Assembly (NCBI RefSeq): GCF_006345805.1
Contig: NC_043015.1
Location: 20,088,001 to 20,152,000, forward strand
Direction of reading: 5' to 3'
DNA: 64,000 nt
Source of the DNA: Octopus sinensis
Lineage: Eukaryota
Shown here: positions 13,921 through 26,182 of the stretch, piece after piece
Layout: every line of letters starts with the position of its first letter
How positions within the stretch are numbered: the first letter of the stretch is position 1
Translations under genes and position numbers: made by a program
Notes under the pieces: model-generated
Databases searched by the model: none
What the model was told of the DNA's origin: nothing
The model's input: the letters and a program-made list of their open reading frames with translations, nothing else

Positions 13921-14180
13921 TTGTAATAATGAAGTCAAACCTAACAGTGGTATTTTGAAATAATTAAACGCGCACGTTTCCGGTTTACGTAATATAAATA
14001 ATAGGAAAATGTATCCATTGCGTATAACTATTTCAGACTATATATACTGAAATATTTCCATCAATTTCTTTATAGTTTGAAATGTTTTATCTGAGGAAGT
14101 TATACGTAATGGATGCATGAAACGTACGTGTTAAATTATTTCAAAATATCACTTTTAGGTTTGACTTCATTATTACATCA
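13921..14180. repeat. Inverted pair of PLE-like terminal segments
   Basis: gttgtaataatgaagtcaaacctaa...tattttgaaataatt is the reverse complement of aattatttcaaaatatc...ttaggtttgacttcattattac. Each arm carries a decayed CUGA..GA/GAAAC hammerhead-like core. Confidence 0.75.
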
Positions 14181-14184
14181 CAAC

Positions 14185-14225
<41 letters not shown>

Positions 14226-14673
14226 CGCGTGCGTGCGTGTGTGTTCAGGCACGTGGCTTAGTGGTTAGAGTGTTGCACTCATTTTCGTAAGATCGTGGTT
14301 TCGATTCCGAGACTGGATGTTCTTAAGTAAAATATTCCATTTGACTTTGCTCCATCCACTCAGCTGGCGAAAGACTTCATAATTATTTTTTTTTAGATGA
14401 TGCGGCTACGAATTTCTGGAAAAGAGAATAAAAGATTTGGGGTCCTCATTTGATTTCATTTTTAGCCAATTTTCCAGATATTCCAGCAGAGAAACCCTAG
14501 TATGGAGCCATAACGATTTTGTTCATTCAGCTGCTTGTCTTGTTGTAATAATCGTTATTAACAAAGGGCAGTGTGGTGGGGGGCACAGATTTAGGGGAAG
14601 AGGTTAGTCGATACGGTCAACCCAGATTGATACTTTATTTTTTCGACCGCCGAAGGATAAAAGGCAAAGCTGA

Positions 14674-14710
<37 letters not shown>

Positions 14711-14724
14711 ATCTATCTATCTCT

Positions 14725-14762
<38 letters not shown>

Positions 14763-14802
14763 GTTTGCCTGCCTGTCTATCTGTTTCTCTCTCTCACTCT
14801 CT

Positions 14803-14874
<72 letters not shown>

Positions 14875-14896
14875 TCACACACTCACTCACTCTCTT

Positions 14897-14927
<31 letters not shown>

Positions 14928-14990
14928 TTGAGAGAACGAAGGCGTTAAATTTTCCCCGTTTTGAGAAGCTTCAACAATTTCTTTCTCCTA

Positions 14991-15066
14991 TGACGTCACA
15001 GCTCTCCATCAATCACGTGAACAAAGGGAAAATCATTTGACTGCCGCAAAAATAGCAATGACGTCA
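14991..15066. promoter_or_regulatory. CRE / E-box / CRE motif cluster
   Basis: TGACGTCA at 14991-14998, TCACGTGA at 15013-15020, TGACGTCA at 15059-15066, all in non-repeat sequence. Confidence 0.5.
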
Positions 15067-15129
15067 TCTCGATTCTTCAGTCTTTTCAATATCTTCTTCT
15101 ACCACCATATTTCTGATCCATTTTCGAAA

Positions 15130-15405
15130 TTAAATTATTCTGATTGATCATCTCTTTCTTCCTTCCTTCCTTCTTTCTATTTTCCGTTATTGTTTATATC
15201 TGTTTTCAATCTCCTTTGCTTTCTTACTCTTCATTTCTTTTACATTTTGTTTGTTTGTTTGTTTGTTTCTTTCTTTTTGCCTTCTCTTTCTTTTTTTCGT
15301 TCATTCATTCTTTCCTTTATTTCCTTCTTCTCTTCTCCCACCTATTTCGCTTTCTTACTCTTCATTTCTTTTACACTTTCTTTCTTTCTTTTTCTATTTC
15401 TTCCG

Positions 15406-15438
<33 letters not shown>

Positions 15439-15620
15439 CCTTTCTCTTTCTTTCATCTTTTATCCGCATCTCTTTGTCTTTCATTATCAACTGTTGTTTT
15501 CTTCATTTATTTTAGTTTTCTCCGTTTAAAATATTCCTTCTCTTCAATTCTTCACACTCCCCTTTCTTTCTTCAATTCTTCACACTCCCCTTTCTTTCTT
15601 TCCTTCTTTCTTTCTTTCCT

Positions 15621-15668
<48 letters not shown>

Positions 15669-15990
15669 TCCTTCTTTCTCTCTCTCTTTCTTTCTTTTTT
15701 CTTTCTTTCTTCCTTCCCGTTTCTCTTTCGTTTTGTTTCCTTTTCTTCATTCCTGTTTCTTTAACCATTTCTTCCTTATTTTTCTGTCTTCTTTTACTTC
15801 CTCTTATTTCGTTCATTCCTTTCACTTCTTCCATTCCTTTTCTTGCCATTCTTCACTCGCCTTTGTTTCTAGTCTTTCTTTTCCTTTCCTTTCCTTTCCA
15901 ACTCCTTCCACTCCCTCCAATCATTTTACCATCCTCTCCTGCCAACAATGTCTTGCTTTCATTCATTCTTTTAGTCCAGTTTGTTTACCT
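15130..15990 (+). repeat. ~860-bp polypyrimidine low-complexity tract
   Basis: (TTTC)n/(TC)n-rich; source of the spurious 284-aa ORF. Confidence 0.9.
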
Positions 15991-16250
15991 TTTACCAATT
16001 CCGTCTTCAGTAATTTCTATCGTCTGCTGAACAGCAATCATTGATTTGAATTTTTTTTATTCATCTCTCTCTCTCTCTCTCTCTCAAAACGATACAAATT
16101 TCAATGAATTCTATTATTTCTAAGTAGTCTTCATATTGTGTACCAAGTATACACGCATTTCTTTTTTCTTTCTTTCATTTTTTTCCCTCTTCATCATTCT
16201 ATATAAATCTCACACTTTATATGTCAGTCTTTGTATCGTCTCCCTCATCT

Positions 16251-16265
16251 GTCGCCCCCTGGTGG
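16251..16265 (-). promoter_or_regulatory. CTCF-like motif
   Basis: Reverse complement CCACCAGGGGGCGAC against the CTCF core CCACCAGGGGGCGC. Confidence 0.5.
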
Positions 16266-16886
16266 GAAACAAAAGGAATCATCATCATCGTCATCGTTAA
16301 CAACACCGTCACACACAATCATCACCACCACCACACGCCAACAGCGATGTCGCCACCGATGTCATCATCATCATCGTCGTCGTCGTTGTCATCTACGAAT
16401 CATACGAGAGAAACACGGAAGTAACTGCAACTAATTACGATGTTTCTTTAATTAGCATAGTTCCACTGACATCATATATTATACTTATATGTGAGTAATT
16501 TCAGACTCGCTAGCAACAATCTCACAAGTCGCTTACCGCACACACACACACACCACACACACACACACACACATGTACGTTCGCACGCATGCACAGCTTC
16601 ATCATCACCACCACCAACCACCACTGCCACCACCACCATCACCACCAGCATCATGATCATTATCATTACTATCTTCATTTAACCGCCCTTTTCCATCCTG
16701 GCAGGAGTTGGATAGTTTAACAGAATCCAAAGCTTACCAAAGCCTTGTGAGTGAATATGGCAGACGGAAACTGAAAGAAGCCCGTCATATATTTCGAAAT
16801 GTTTTAACTGTGGATGTTATACGTAATGGATGCATTTCCTATTATATATATTTTGCAAACTTCAAAGCACATCATATATACATGTA

Positions 16887-17750
16887 CAGGGTGTGATGGG
16901 TAAATTGTTGCCATTTTATATATTTAATTTCATGCATGCACATTGTTTTTGAGTTTGTCAACTACACAGTATAGTAGGGTCAGTTGGGCACCATCTGTGA
17001 GAAAAACAGCGCCATGACACAGTTCACTCTGCCAAAAATTTGGAAATGACATGCTGTACTGTTTGGCATTCATGCTGGAAATTCCAATATGAACATTTCA
17101 GAGTGTTTGGGCATCAATCTGAGGAGAGTGCGGAGGATTCAGAAAGAGTTAGATGAGTCTGATGGTGATTACAAAGGTATTGCATCTCAGAAAACTCACT
17201 CTGATTGTTCTGATAAGAAAAGAACTGGATTTGTTGGTGAGATCCAGGCCATGATTGACAATGATCCCTCCAAGTCAATCAGGTCCATCGCCAGGGACAT
17301 GAGAGTGTCTGAGTTTCTTGTAAGGCAGCTAGTGCATGAAGACATTCAGTATTCCTCATACAAGATGTTAGAGGGTCATTTTTCATCCCAAGCCATCAAA
17401 GACAAGAGGAAAGACAATGCTATGAAGCTTTTGAACGAACTTAAGCATCCCCTCCAACTGAATATGATTTGGTTTTTCTCAGATGAGAGAAATTTCTGCC
17501 AGGATCAGATGGTGAACACGTAGAACAACCGTTGGCTTGCCATGTTCCCAAAACATGTACCAAGAATGATAAAAATCATCATAGTGTTTGGAGTGATCAC
17601 TAGTGATAGTGATGTTATGCCTCCATTCATCTTCTCACATGGCCTCAGACACAACACGGAGGCCTGGAGGAGGTAGTGCTGCTCTGGATCAAGAGGGTGA
17701 CTGCTGGAAGACCCTATGTCTGACAACAGGACTCTGCACTATTGCCGGGT
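16887..17750 (+). mobile_element. Truncated Tc1/mariner transposon, probably maT/DD37D-like
   Basis: TA|CAGGGTG terminus. ORF 17089-17523 has an HTH region (PSKSIRSIARDM) and WFFSDE. After a stop it continues NNRWLA...VFGVITSD-x-DVMPPFIF; the right end is lost. Confidence 0.9.
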
Positions 17751-17859
17751 CATAGTGCTAGTACATATATATACATATATTCAAAGAAATTCAAATTTTA
17801 TATATATACATATATATGTATGCATTCCTTTCTTTATAGTTTGAAATGTTTTATATATA

Positions 17860-17875
17860 TGTATATATATGTATA

Positions 17876-17922
<47 letters not shown>

Positions 17923-17990
17923 GTATATATATGTATGTATATATATGTATATATATGTATAATATGTATATGTATATATGTATATGTTAT

Positions 17991-18021
<31 letters not shown>

Positions 18022-18024
18022 TAT

Positions 18025-18065
<41 letters not shown>

Positions 18066-18071
18066 TATGTA

Positions 18072-18126
<55 letters not shown>

Positions 18127-18160
18127 ATATATGTGTGTATGTGTGTGTGTGTGTGTGCTA
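17860..18160. repeat. (TA)n/(TG)n compound microsatellite
   Basis: Direct inspection. Confidence 0.95.
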
Positions 18161-18405
18161 TTTACAACATTTCTAAAATTAGCTCAACAATTACTGCTTT
18201 GGCCAGGGTCAAAATACAACAAACTGTGATGCCTAAACCAAACACCAATCAATTTAAGTAATTTAGTAAAGCCACACACTGATTGGTCAGAATACAGTTT
18301 CCAAAATTTAACATTCTAGAGCCTATACAAATGTATTTAAGGCACACAGTTTAGTCATCTCACTGTAATTGTAAATTGTAAAACATAACTGTCAGCACTG
18401 CTACA

Positions 18406-18450
18406 TGAACCTGAAGATTGCATAGCTTAATGCATGAAAGTACTAGTTCA
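18406..18450 (+). ncRNA. Minimal type-I hammerhead motif, canonical core
   Basis: UGAAC-CUGAAGA-U-UGCAU(AGCUUA)AUGCA-U-GAA-AGUACU-A-GUUCA. Perfect 5-bp stems I and II, palindromic stem III, U/U at the base of stem II. Confidence 0.65.
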
Positions 18451-18529
18451 ATCAGATTGGACATTCAATATTCTATCATTTCATTATATTATATTTTTAT
18501 AGAGGAGGAGGAGGAGGAGGAAGAGGAAA

Positions 18530-18858
18530 CCCCCTTTAGTCATGAATGACCATGGGATTGCACCTAGAAAGTCCCCCCTCCCCGTTCCGGGCAAGGTTGT
18601 TTATAGAAGACCTGCAGTTGCCTATGCATACCAGCCTCCACTCTACATGCCACCAGTGTTATCCAAGGGAAGGGCAAAGGGGCCGATACAGCCTGGCACC
18701 AGTGACGTCGCAACTCATTTCTACAGCTGAGTTAACTGGAGCAATGTGAAATAAAGTGTCTTGCTCAAGAACACAACACACAGCTCGGTCCGGGAATCGA
18801 ACTCACAACCTCACGATCGTAAGCTCGACGCTCTAACGACTGAGCGATGTGCCTTCAC
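18530..18858 (-). mobile_element. Full-length tRNA-headed CORE-type SINE with a distinct tail
   Basis: Head GGCACATCGCTCAGTCGTTAGAGCG...GAGTTCGATTCCC (A and B boxes), CORE-like tcttgagcaagacactt...cagctgtagaaatgag, (CCT)n tail. Confidence 0.9.
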
Positions 18859-18956
18859 TATATTATAAGATTATAAATAAATGTGAAAATCAGACAAGGT
18901 TGGAATTTCTCTGAGTAATATATTCTTCTATACACAAACATACATACCCATGTGTA

Positions 18957-18988
<32 letters not shown>

Positions 18989-19352
18989 GTGAGAATTCAC
19001 AAAAAAGCAAAACATGGGTGCGCAAACAACAAACAGATGTGTTAGTTTAATGCTCTTTCAGGGTATTTACACTGTCGTGTGTGCACAGTAAAGGAATTAT
19101 GTCATGTTACACATCCAGTGGATCATACTAGCTTCATTCGCTGCTTTCTTTCAAGGAATCTTGTGCTCTTAGCTTAGTTTTTCCTTGAGGCTGGCCAGAT
19201 TGGAGCAATCTTGAGTATAACCAGCCGAAATTGCAAAGATAATCTGGAACTCGACTGAAGAAAGAAAACTTCGAATGACCGGCCCTCTTTTGTATCACCT
19301 AACTGTGTGGATGTTTTGCGTTTTTGTCCCATTTTTGTATTTTTTATATATA

Positions 19353-19393
<41 letters not shown>

Positions 19394-19729
19394 CGTTAAA
19401 CGATGATGATGATAATGATGATGATACATGCATATATATATATATGTGGTTATATATGAGGGAGAGATAAACAGGAATAAACAACAACAAAAAATCATAT
19501 CATTGTTTGTTACTTTTCTTTTTCTATGATTTTTACATTTTTAAAATTTGTTAAACTTTATTGGAAGGAAAAAATAACAACAATGATAACAAGAACAGAA
19601 CAAAGAAGAAAGAAAGACAGATAGAAAGAAAGGAAGAAAGAAAGTGCTCCAAAAAATAAAAAGGAAAAAAAAAACAACAGTCTTGATTTATATAGAGATT
19701 TCAACAATGTGTATTGCGAACCATTTGTA

Positions 19730-19730
19730 A

Positions 19731-19777
<47 letters not shown>

Positions 19778-19814
19778 CAACAACAATAACAATAACAACA
19801 ACAACAACAACAAC

Positions 19815-19870
<56 letters not shown>
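19730..19870. repeat. (AAT)n/(AAC)n microsatellite
   Basis: Direct inspection. Confidence 0.95.
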
Positions 19871-19871
<1 letters not shown>

Positions 19872-20358
19872 CAGCCTGGTGTTTAAAAAAGAATGATGGT
19901 GAATTGCAAAGGAAGCTGGTCTGAGGTGATGCCAGGCTGAAAAATTTACCAATTTTTTTTAAGGATCAACAGAACTCTAAGAAACACTGCAGATAATAGT
20001 TGGAATTAAAAGTTTGGTAAAAATTTGTCAAACATCAACATAAATGACGACAACAACAACATCACCATCATCATTGCGTTCATCGCAAAGCAGTGAGATA
20101 ACTTTTAACACAGTTGCTCATTTTATTTAATTTAAGCCACTAAATTTTGCAGACCTTCTTCAATTCAATTAACAAACTCCTTTACTATCTTTTAATTGGA
20201 TGTTTGCATAAATTAATGAAGGAGATTTCATGTAGATGTATAGCCGATTCCATTTAGTAGCCGTAACTCCCTCAACCCTCTACTGTTTTTCAAAAATTGT
20301 TTTTGTTTTATAAAGGATCTCTACATAGAACAATGAGGCAGCTTTTATGAAGACAAAC

Positions 20359-20490
20359 CTGTTGTAAGTCTTTTAACATCACCGTTCTTTTGTTTTCCAA
20401 GCAGAACTGTATAAGAGAGAGATTTTCTATCAACAGTTTGTCCTCCTCAATGTAGCTGTGATATATTTGCGAACAAAACTCCCAACTAAT
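20359..20490 (-). CDS. Candidate exon, strand ambiguous
   Basis: Minus strand: ctgttctcag|ISWEFCSQIYHSYIEEDKLLIENLSLIQFCLENKRTVMLKDLQQ|gtttgt, 132 nt, phase 0-0. A strong plus-strand acceptor also lies at 20401. Confidence 0.3.
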
Positions 20491-21996
20491 CTGAGAACAG
20501 CAACTGCCTGACACAGTAAAGGAGTCATGTAAATTGGATACCATATTTTCCAGCATAAGTTGAATTTTTCAAACCACAATTTACAGCCAAAACAACTCTA
20601 GAAGACCAAAAATTCTATGTGAAATACAGCAAAATTTGGAAAGATAGCGAAAATGTTTGAAAGTGTACACTACATATTAAGTTGATTTGTGTCCTGGAAA
20701 ATATGGTATATTCAAAAATATATTTATCAAAATTTTCTCAACAAGTTCCCAAATGTCTTTAAAAAGAAAAACCAAACCCATGAAGATTTAGTAGAACTAT
20801 TTAACTTGCTCAGGTTTGGCAGTCATCTTGCTTCTTTTCTTTTTCTCTCTCTCTTATTTATTGTTCTCTTTCTCCTCAATAAATTACTTTACTGTTTTTA
20901 AAATGAGAAACACATAAGCAAGTCAAGAAGATTTTATTTAATCTCCTTGATCTGCTCAAAAATATTCTACAAGAAATTCTTTAATATCTCAAAAAGGAAA
21001 AAAAAAAAGAAAAAAAGTAAAAAAAGGAGTCCTCATTCACAAAATAGCCAGTACTTTCACAACAAGCTCCATTGCCACTAAACTTGGTAGCACAAGTCTT
21101 AAGACTGAATTCTTTGGACAGTAAAAACTAGATGGTTATAAGAAGAACCATAATAAACATGCTTTAAAAAAATGCAAGAAAAAAAAGCATAAAAACAACG
21201 AGGGTGCTTCCATGTAGCCAATAAAGCAAGCAGTCAAATATCCATTCCATTACCGATCCATTGATAAACGGGGATCAGATAAGCCTAAGCCAGTGAGTGA
21301 GCTTCTATGCCAGTCACTCTATCTGCTTAATGTAGCAACAGCTAAATCTCCTATCAATATATTCTCTCTTGCGTCTTAAATTGGGGTTAACAAATTCTGA
21401 GACCCAAATTCTTTCAGACACTATACACGCAACAAATGACGGCTGTTCTTGCATTGGAAAGCTGCAAGATTTTCCCTTTTATTTGCCTGAGGGCAAAATA
21501 AAGTTTCTCACTTGTCATTGTTATTATTATTATTATTAGTATTAGTATTATTATTATTGTTATCATTAGTAGTAATAATAGTAGCAGCAGTAATTTTAGT
21601 TATAATAATAGATTTGACAACATTAGGAATAAAAGAAGACAAAAATAGATCTGATGATGTCTATGAATAGTTCCAGCAATGATTCAGGGCTTTGGCAAGA
21701 TATTGCATAAGATTGGTGGATGGGTATATATATATATATATGTGTGTGTATATATATATATTTTTTATTTATTTATGTACTTTTTTTTATATATCTTTTA
21801 AACCTGTGGTTTGTTTCCATGACAACTCTGCTGTGCACTGTTTCTGTTTTGCTTTCCATGAAAAACAAGAGACTGTGAAACTCAGAGATGCAACAGAGGC
21901 AAACTTCAGCATTGAATAAATGAATAAACTCTACTATATATACACTGAGTATTTGTTCTTTGCCTGGTTTGCAAATTTAATTGTATACATACAGAA

Positions 21997-22028
<32 letters not shown>

Positions 22029-23096
22029 GATATGTATACCATATATTTAAATATATACATTTATTTATATATATCTATATTTAAATATATATTCATTTAA
22101 AATATATATATATATATATATATACTTAACTTTCTATATATTCAATATATATATATAGTATTTATACTCTTTTAACCTGATTCATTTACATAAATATATA
22201 TTAATTTTTTTAAATTTATACACATGTATTTTATATGTTTTATATATATTAATTTAAATTTATATATATTTAGATAAATTTATATTCATAATCTTTCCTC
22301 TTCCTCCTCCTCCTCTTTATTGTCATTGCTGTCATCTTATTGTGCATTTCCCTGTACTAAATACTTCGTCTGTCTTGGGAACCACTCCCTTTGTCCCTCT
22401 CTTACTCACAACCACTATTCTTCAAATATCCAAACATATTAATCGACCACTCTGTTTGTGCGTCCATGCGTGCGTGCGTGTGTGTGTGTGTGTGTGGTGT
22501 AGAATATGTCTTGGGAGAAGAAATCTATGTTAGATGTCGGGTGGAGTTGTCATATATTAAATTTATTTCATAATGACACTGTATTTCAGGGTTGCCAATG
22601 AGTTGATACACATTTAATCTGGTTTGAACCCATGACAGCAGAAAAAGAACTCACAGTTGCTATTGTTCTATTCCGTTCTCTCTCACTTTCGTGCTTCTCA
22701 CATTGTTAAAATAAATACCAGTTATGAATTGGTGTCAATAGATTCATCTATACTAAATTAGAAGCCTTTTACATAAAAAAAATAACCTCATTATTATTAT
22801 TATAATTAGGTGAATGTTGCAAGAATGGTTGAAGGGAACAGGTTTACTCTAATCATGCGCCTGTAAGTTGAAGAAGAACAATGTGAAGCAGGATCTTGCC
22901 CTAGTAATCAGGGCAACCATGGTTTTTGTTGGGTCTCCATAAGCAACCCTACAAGTTTCCCTCTTTTGGGGAGTTATTCATTGTTATAATTTTATATTGT
23001 TGCTGTATTATTTTTTACATGCCTTTTATAATAACCCCACATTGTATTGTCCTACCTCCAATGTTTTTTTGGATTCTTAGGGGTTAATGAAGAAAC

Positions 23097-23134
<38 letters not shown>

Positions 23135-23288
23135 TATTATTATTATTTCCATTTCACTTGCTCTGGTTAATTCTGTAAGAGTGGACAACCTGTTGTCAAG
23201 AGTCTCACATTGTCTTTTTCTGAGAAATTTAGCATCCAACTACCATGTTGTTATTATTATTATCATAATTATAATTATTATTATTATT

Positions 23289-23845
23289 GAGTGAGAGAGC
23301 AGTGCATGCCATCAAAGTGACACTGGGGTACAAATATATGAAGCCCAAAATACCCGTCATGAATGCTTGTCTGATAAGGGTACACCAGGCATATGCATCA
23401 TAACCATATGTGCATGAGAAGGTGATCTTATATCAAGATAAACAGCACATGACCTTGCAGGTGGGGCCCAGTGACAATTTTCTTTAGGATGAGTAACCCA
23501 TCCCACTCAAATGGTCCCTGAATAAGGTTTCTTTAAGGATGTTGAATGAAACACCCATGTTTCCAGAGGTGAATTATTCAAACCCCAAAGAATCCCTCTC
23601 AACACATGGCTATGATGCTCCCCCACTACTTCTGCTCATGATCAGAGATGCACATATCGTCAGCCACTAAGGGACATGCTCAACTGGTTAAAGTCAAACA
23701 ACTGACAAGCCAATCTGTGGTATTGAGCAGAATATTTGCTGTAGCCCATCTTTTATACCAAGACAAAACAATGTACATGATAACACTTCTAATCAGTTAA
23801 GATCAGAAGCCATGAGAGCCATTGCCTGGTACTGCATCAGGGCAT
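23289..23845 (-). mobile_element. 3' end of a non-LTR retroposon with a (TAA)n tail
   Basis: Higher-GC block that abuts (ATT)n on its left; resembles an octopus repeat recalled from memory. Confidence 0.55.
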
Positions 23846-23966
23846 TTATTGTTGTTGTTGTTGTATGCATAAATTTTATTGCTATGTTTTTGTTGTAAGC
23901 TATAACTAAGACCAATAGATGTCAGGTTACCAAAATAATTGTCAACTAGGGAATTTAGTCTTTTAG

Positions 23967-24155
23967 GGACAATTCCATTTGATACCTTTCAAAATATTGA
24001 AATCATATATATGCAAAAAGTGTTGAATTTTGGAGAAAAGAATGAGATCACACCCAGTACTCCCAGTACTTTGTTTGATCAAATCCAGATGGATCAAAGC
24101 AAAAGTGAATTCAGCAGGAACCTAGAACATAAAGGGCCTGAACAAATACCACAAG
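23967..24155 (+). CDS. Candidate coding exon of a plus-strand gene
   Basis: ttttag|GG ... CAAG|gtatgt, 189 nt, phase 1-1. Open frame GTIPFDTFQNIEIIYMQKVLNFGEKNEITPSTPSTLFDQIQMDQSKSEFSRNLEHKGPEQIPQ, inside ORF 23939-24340. Strong donor, weak acceptor. Confidence 0.4.
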
Positions 24156-25161
24156 GTATGTTGTCTGATGTTCTAATGAACATCATCTACATCAATAATA
24201 ATGATAATAATAGAGCTATGAAAGAGACTATCCAGTTTCACAGCTTGCTAGAAATAGCAACCAAAATTTCCCTCAGATCATGCCCTACTATTTTAATGAA
24301 AGGAATTGTACATTATGTAACATTGTCCGAGATTGATTAAGACAGAGTGGATGGTCTGGTCGGTATGCTTTGCTACACCCATGAGTCTGTTTGATTCACA
24401 GTCGACCTAGGGCTAAACAGCAATAGCAAAATGAGTTTAAGGAGGTTCTTCTAAGTAGTCAAACTTGTTGCAGCTATATTTCCTTCAGCAATATCCCCTA
24501 AACCCTTTAAAATAAGTCCCTTCACCTACTCTAAATCTGCAATTGGGTCTCTGCTCAACAAACTCTCTCTTTCTATGTATTCGTATTGGGATCACATGAG
24601 CCAGTTAGGGAGATATTTACGTATTCACTTGATCTGCTCTATCAAACAGCCAAATATCCCTTTAAAATTTCCCTAATGTCTTTGAAATAAGGGTGCTACA
24701 TGAAATAATGGTGCCACATGAGCCAGTGTGGGAACTTTTATATAGTTCCTTGACCGGCTCCAAATTGCAATTAAGTCTCCCTTCAACTAACTCCCTTATC
24801 CTTAAAAGGATTACATGACCTAGTAATCGGTCTTTGATTTGTTCAAATTAACAGCCAGATCTCTGCACCTACCTCAACAGACTACCCTAGTGATTTTAGA
24901 ATGGATGGGATACATAAGCCAGTGAAAGGACTTTCAAGTAACCACTTGAATGGTTCAATGTAACAGCCGTATTAATTCAGCAAAAATCTCAACAATATTT
25001 AATGCAGGGGCTAAATGCTTGGATCCAAATACAAGCTTTAAATCTTTGATCAAAATTCAAGCCTAAGATTTTAGGGTAAAAACAGCACCACTAAAAGTTA
25101 AAATAGAAACATACCAGAAATGATGTGATTATGATTTTAAAATGTGAACTGTTAATTCTGA

Positions 25162-25668
25162 GCTGTAAGTTCACTGAAGCATAACTGACATGCAGAGCTG
25201 TAAGTTCACTTGAGCATAAATGATATGCAGAGCTATAAGCTTGCTCAAGCATAGCTGGCATGCAGACCAGTAAGTTCACCCAAGAATAGCAACATGCAGA
25301 GTTATAAGTTTACTCAAGCATGAATGATATGCAGATCTGTAAGCTTGCTAAAGCATAGCTGACATGCAGACCTATAAGTTCAACCAAGCATAGCTGATAT
25401 GCTGAACTGTAAGGTCACATAAGCATAGCAACATGCAGAGCTCTGAATTCATTCAAGCATAGCTGATATGTAGAGCTATACATTCACTCAAGCACAGCTG
25501 ATATGCAGAGCTGAAAGTTCACTCAAGCATAGCCAGAATTTAGAGCAGAAGATTCACTCAAACAGTGCTCTTGGTACAGCCATGATTTCAATGAAGCATA
25601 GCCTAAATGTAAAGTTACATGGTGAGCTCAAAGCTGTAAGTTCACTCAAGCGGTGCTGGCATGCAGCT
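25162..25668 (+). repeat. 35-bp minisatellite
   Basis: Unit gctgtaagttcactcaagcatagctgacatgcaga, about 11 tandem copies plus an outlier near 25632. Confidence 0.9.
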
Positions 25669-26144
25669 GCACAACATGTACAAGAACAAGAACAACAATA
25701 TAGTAAGAATGGTACAAGAGAGAAAAAAACATAACAAAACTGAAAAAGTATTATTTCTTTGGAATACATTTTTAGATTTAAAACATTCTTGAAATATAAA
25801 ACATGTTAGCATAAGAATAATAATAATAAGAAGAAACACAAAGGAAAACCAACAAATTCCAATAAAGATTCTTTTGTTTTTTGATGATATCTTTTTTCTA
25901 TTAGAAATCTTAAATTCCTGAAATTCATAATGTAAATTCGATGTAAATATTTAGTAAAATGGTAAATACATCATGAAATGAAATTGAAAAAAGAAAATAA
26001 AAATAAAATAAAATAAAGGAAAAATATCACATGTACACACACACACGCACACACACATATGTATGTATATATATACACAAATATTATTTATATATGTATG
26101 TACACACACACATATATGAATATATATATATCTATATATTTATA

Positions 26145-26182
<38 letters not shown>

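Noticed and set aside
15190-16044. 284-aa ORF, the longest in the window
   Set aside because: F/S/L-rich translation of a (TTTC)n/(TC)n tract; stop codons are absent for compositional reasons.
18785-18858. tRNA gene
   Set aside because: A and B boxes are present but there is no acceptor-stem closure, and the sequence runs into a SINE body; the same applies to other SINE heads.
19245-19290. CTGAAGA...CTTCGAAT hammerhead-like motif
   Set aside because: Stem II base, A15.1 and stem I could not be placed convincingly.
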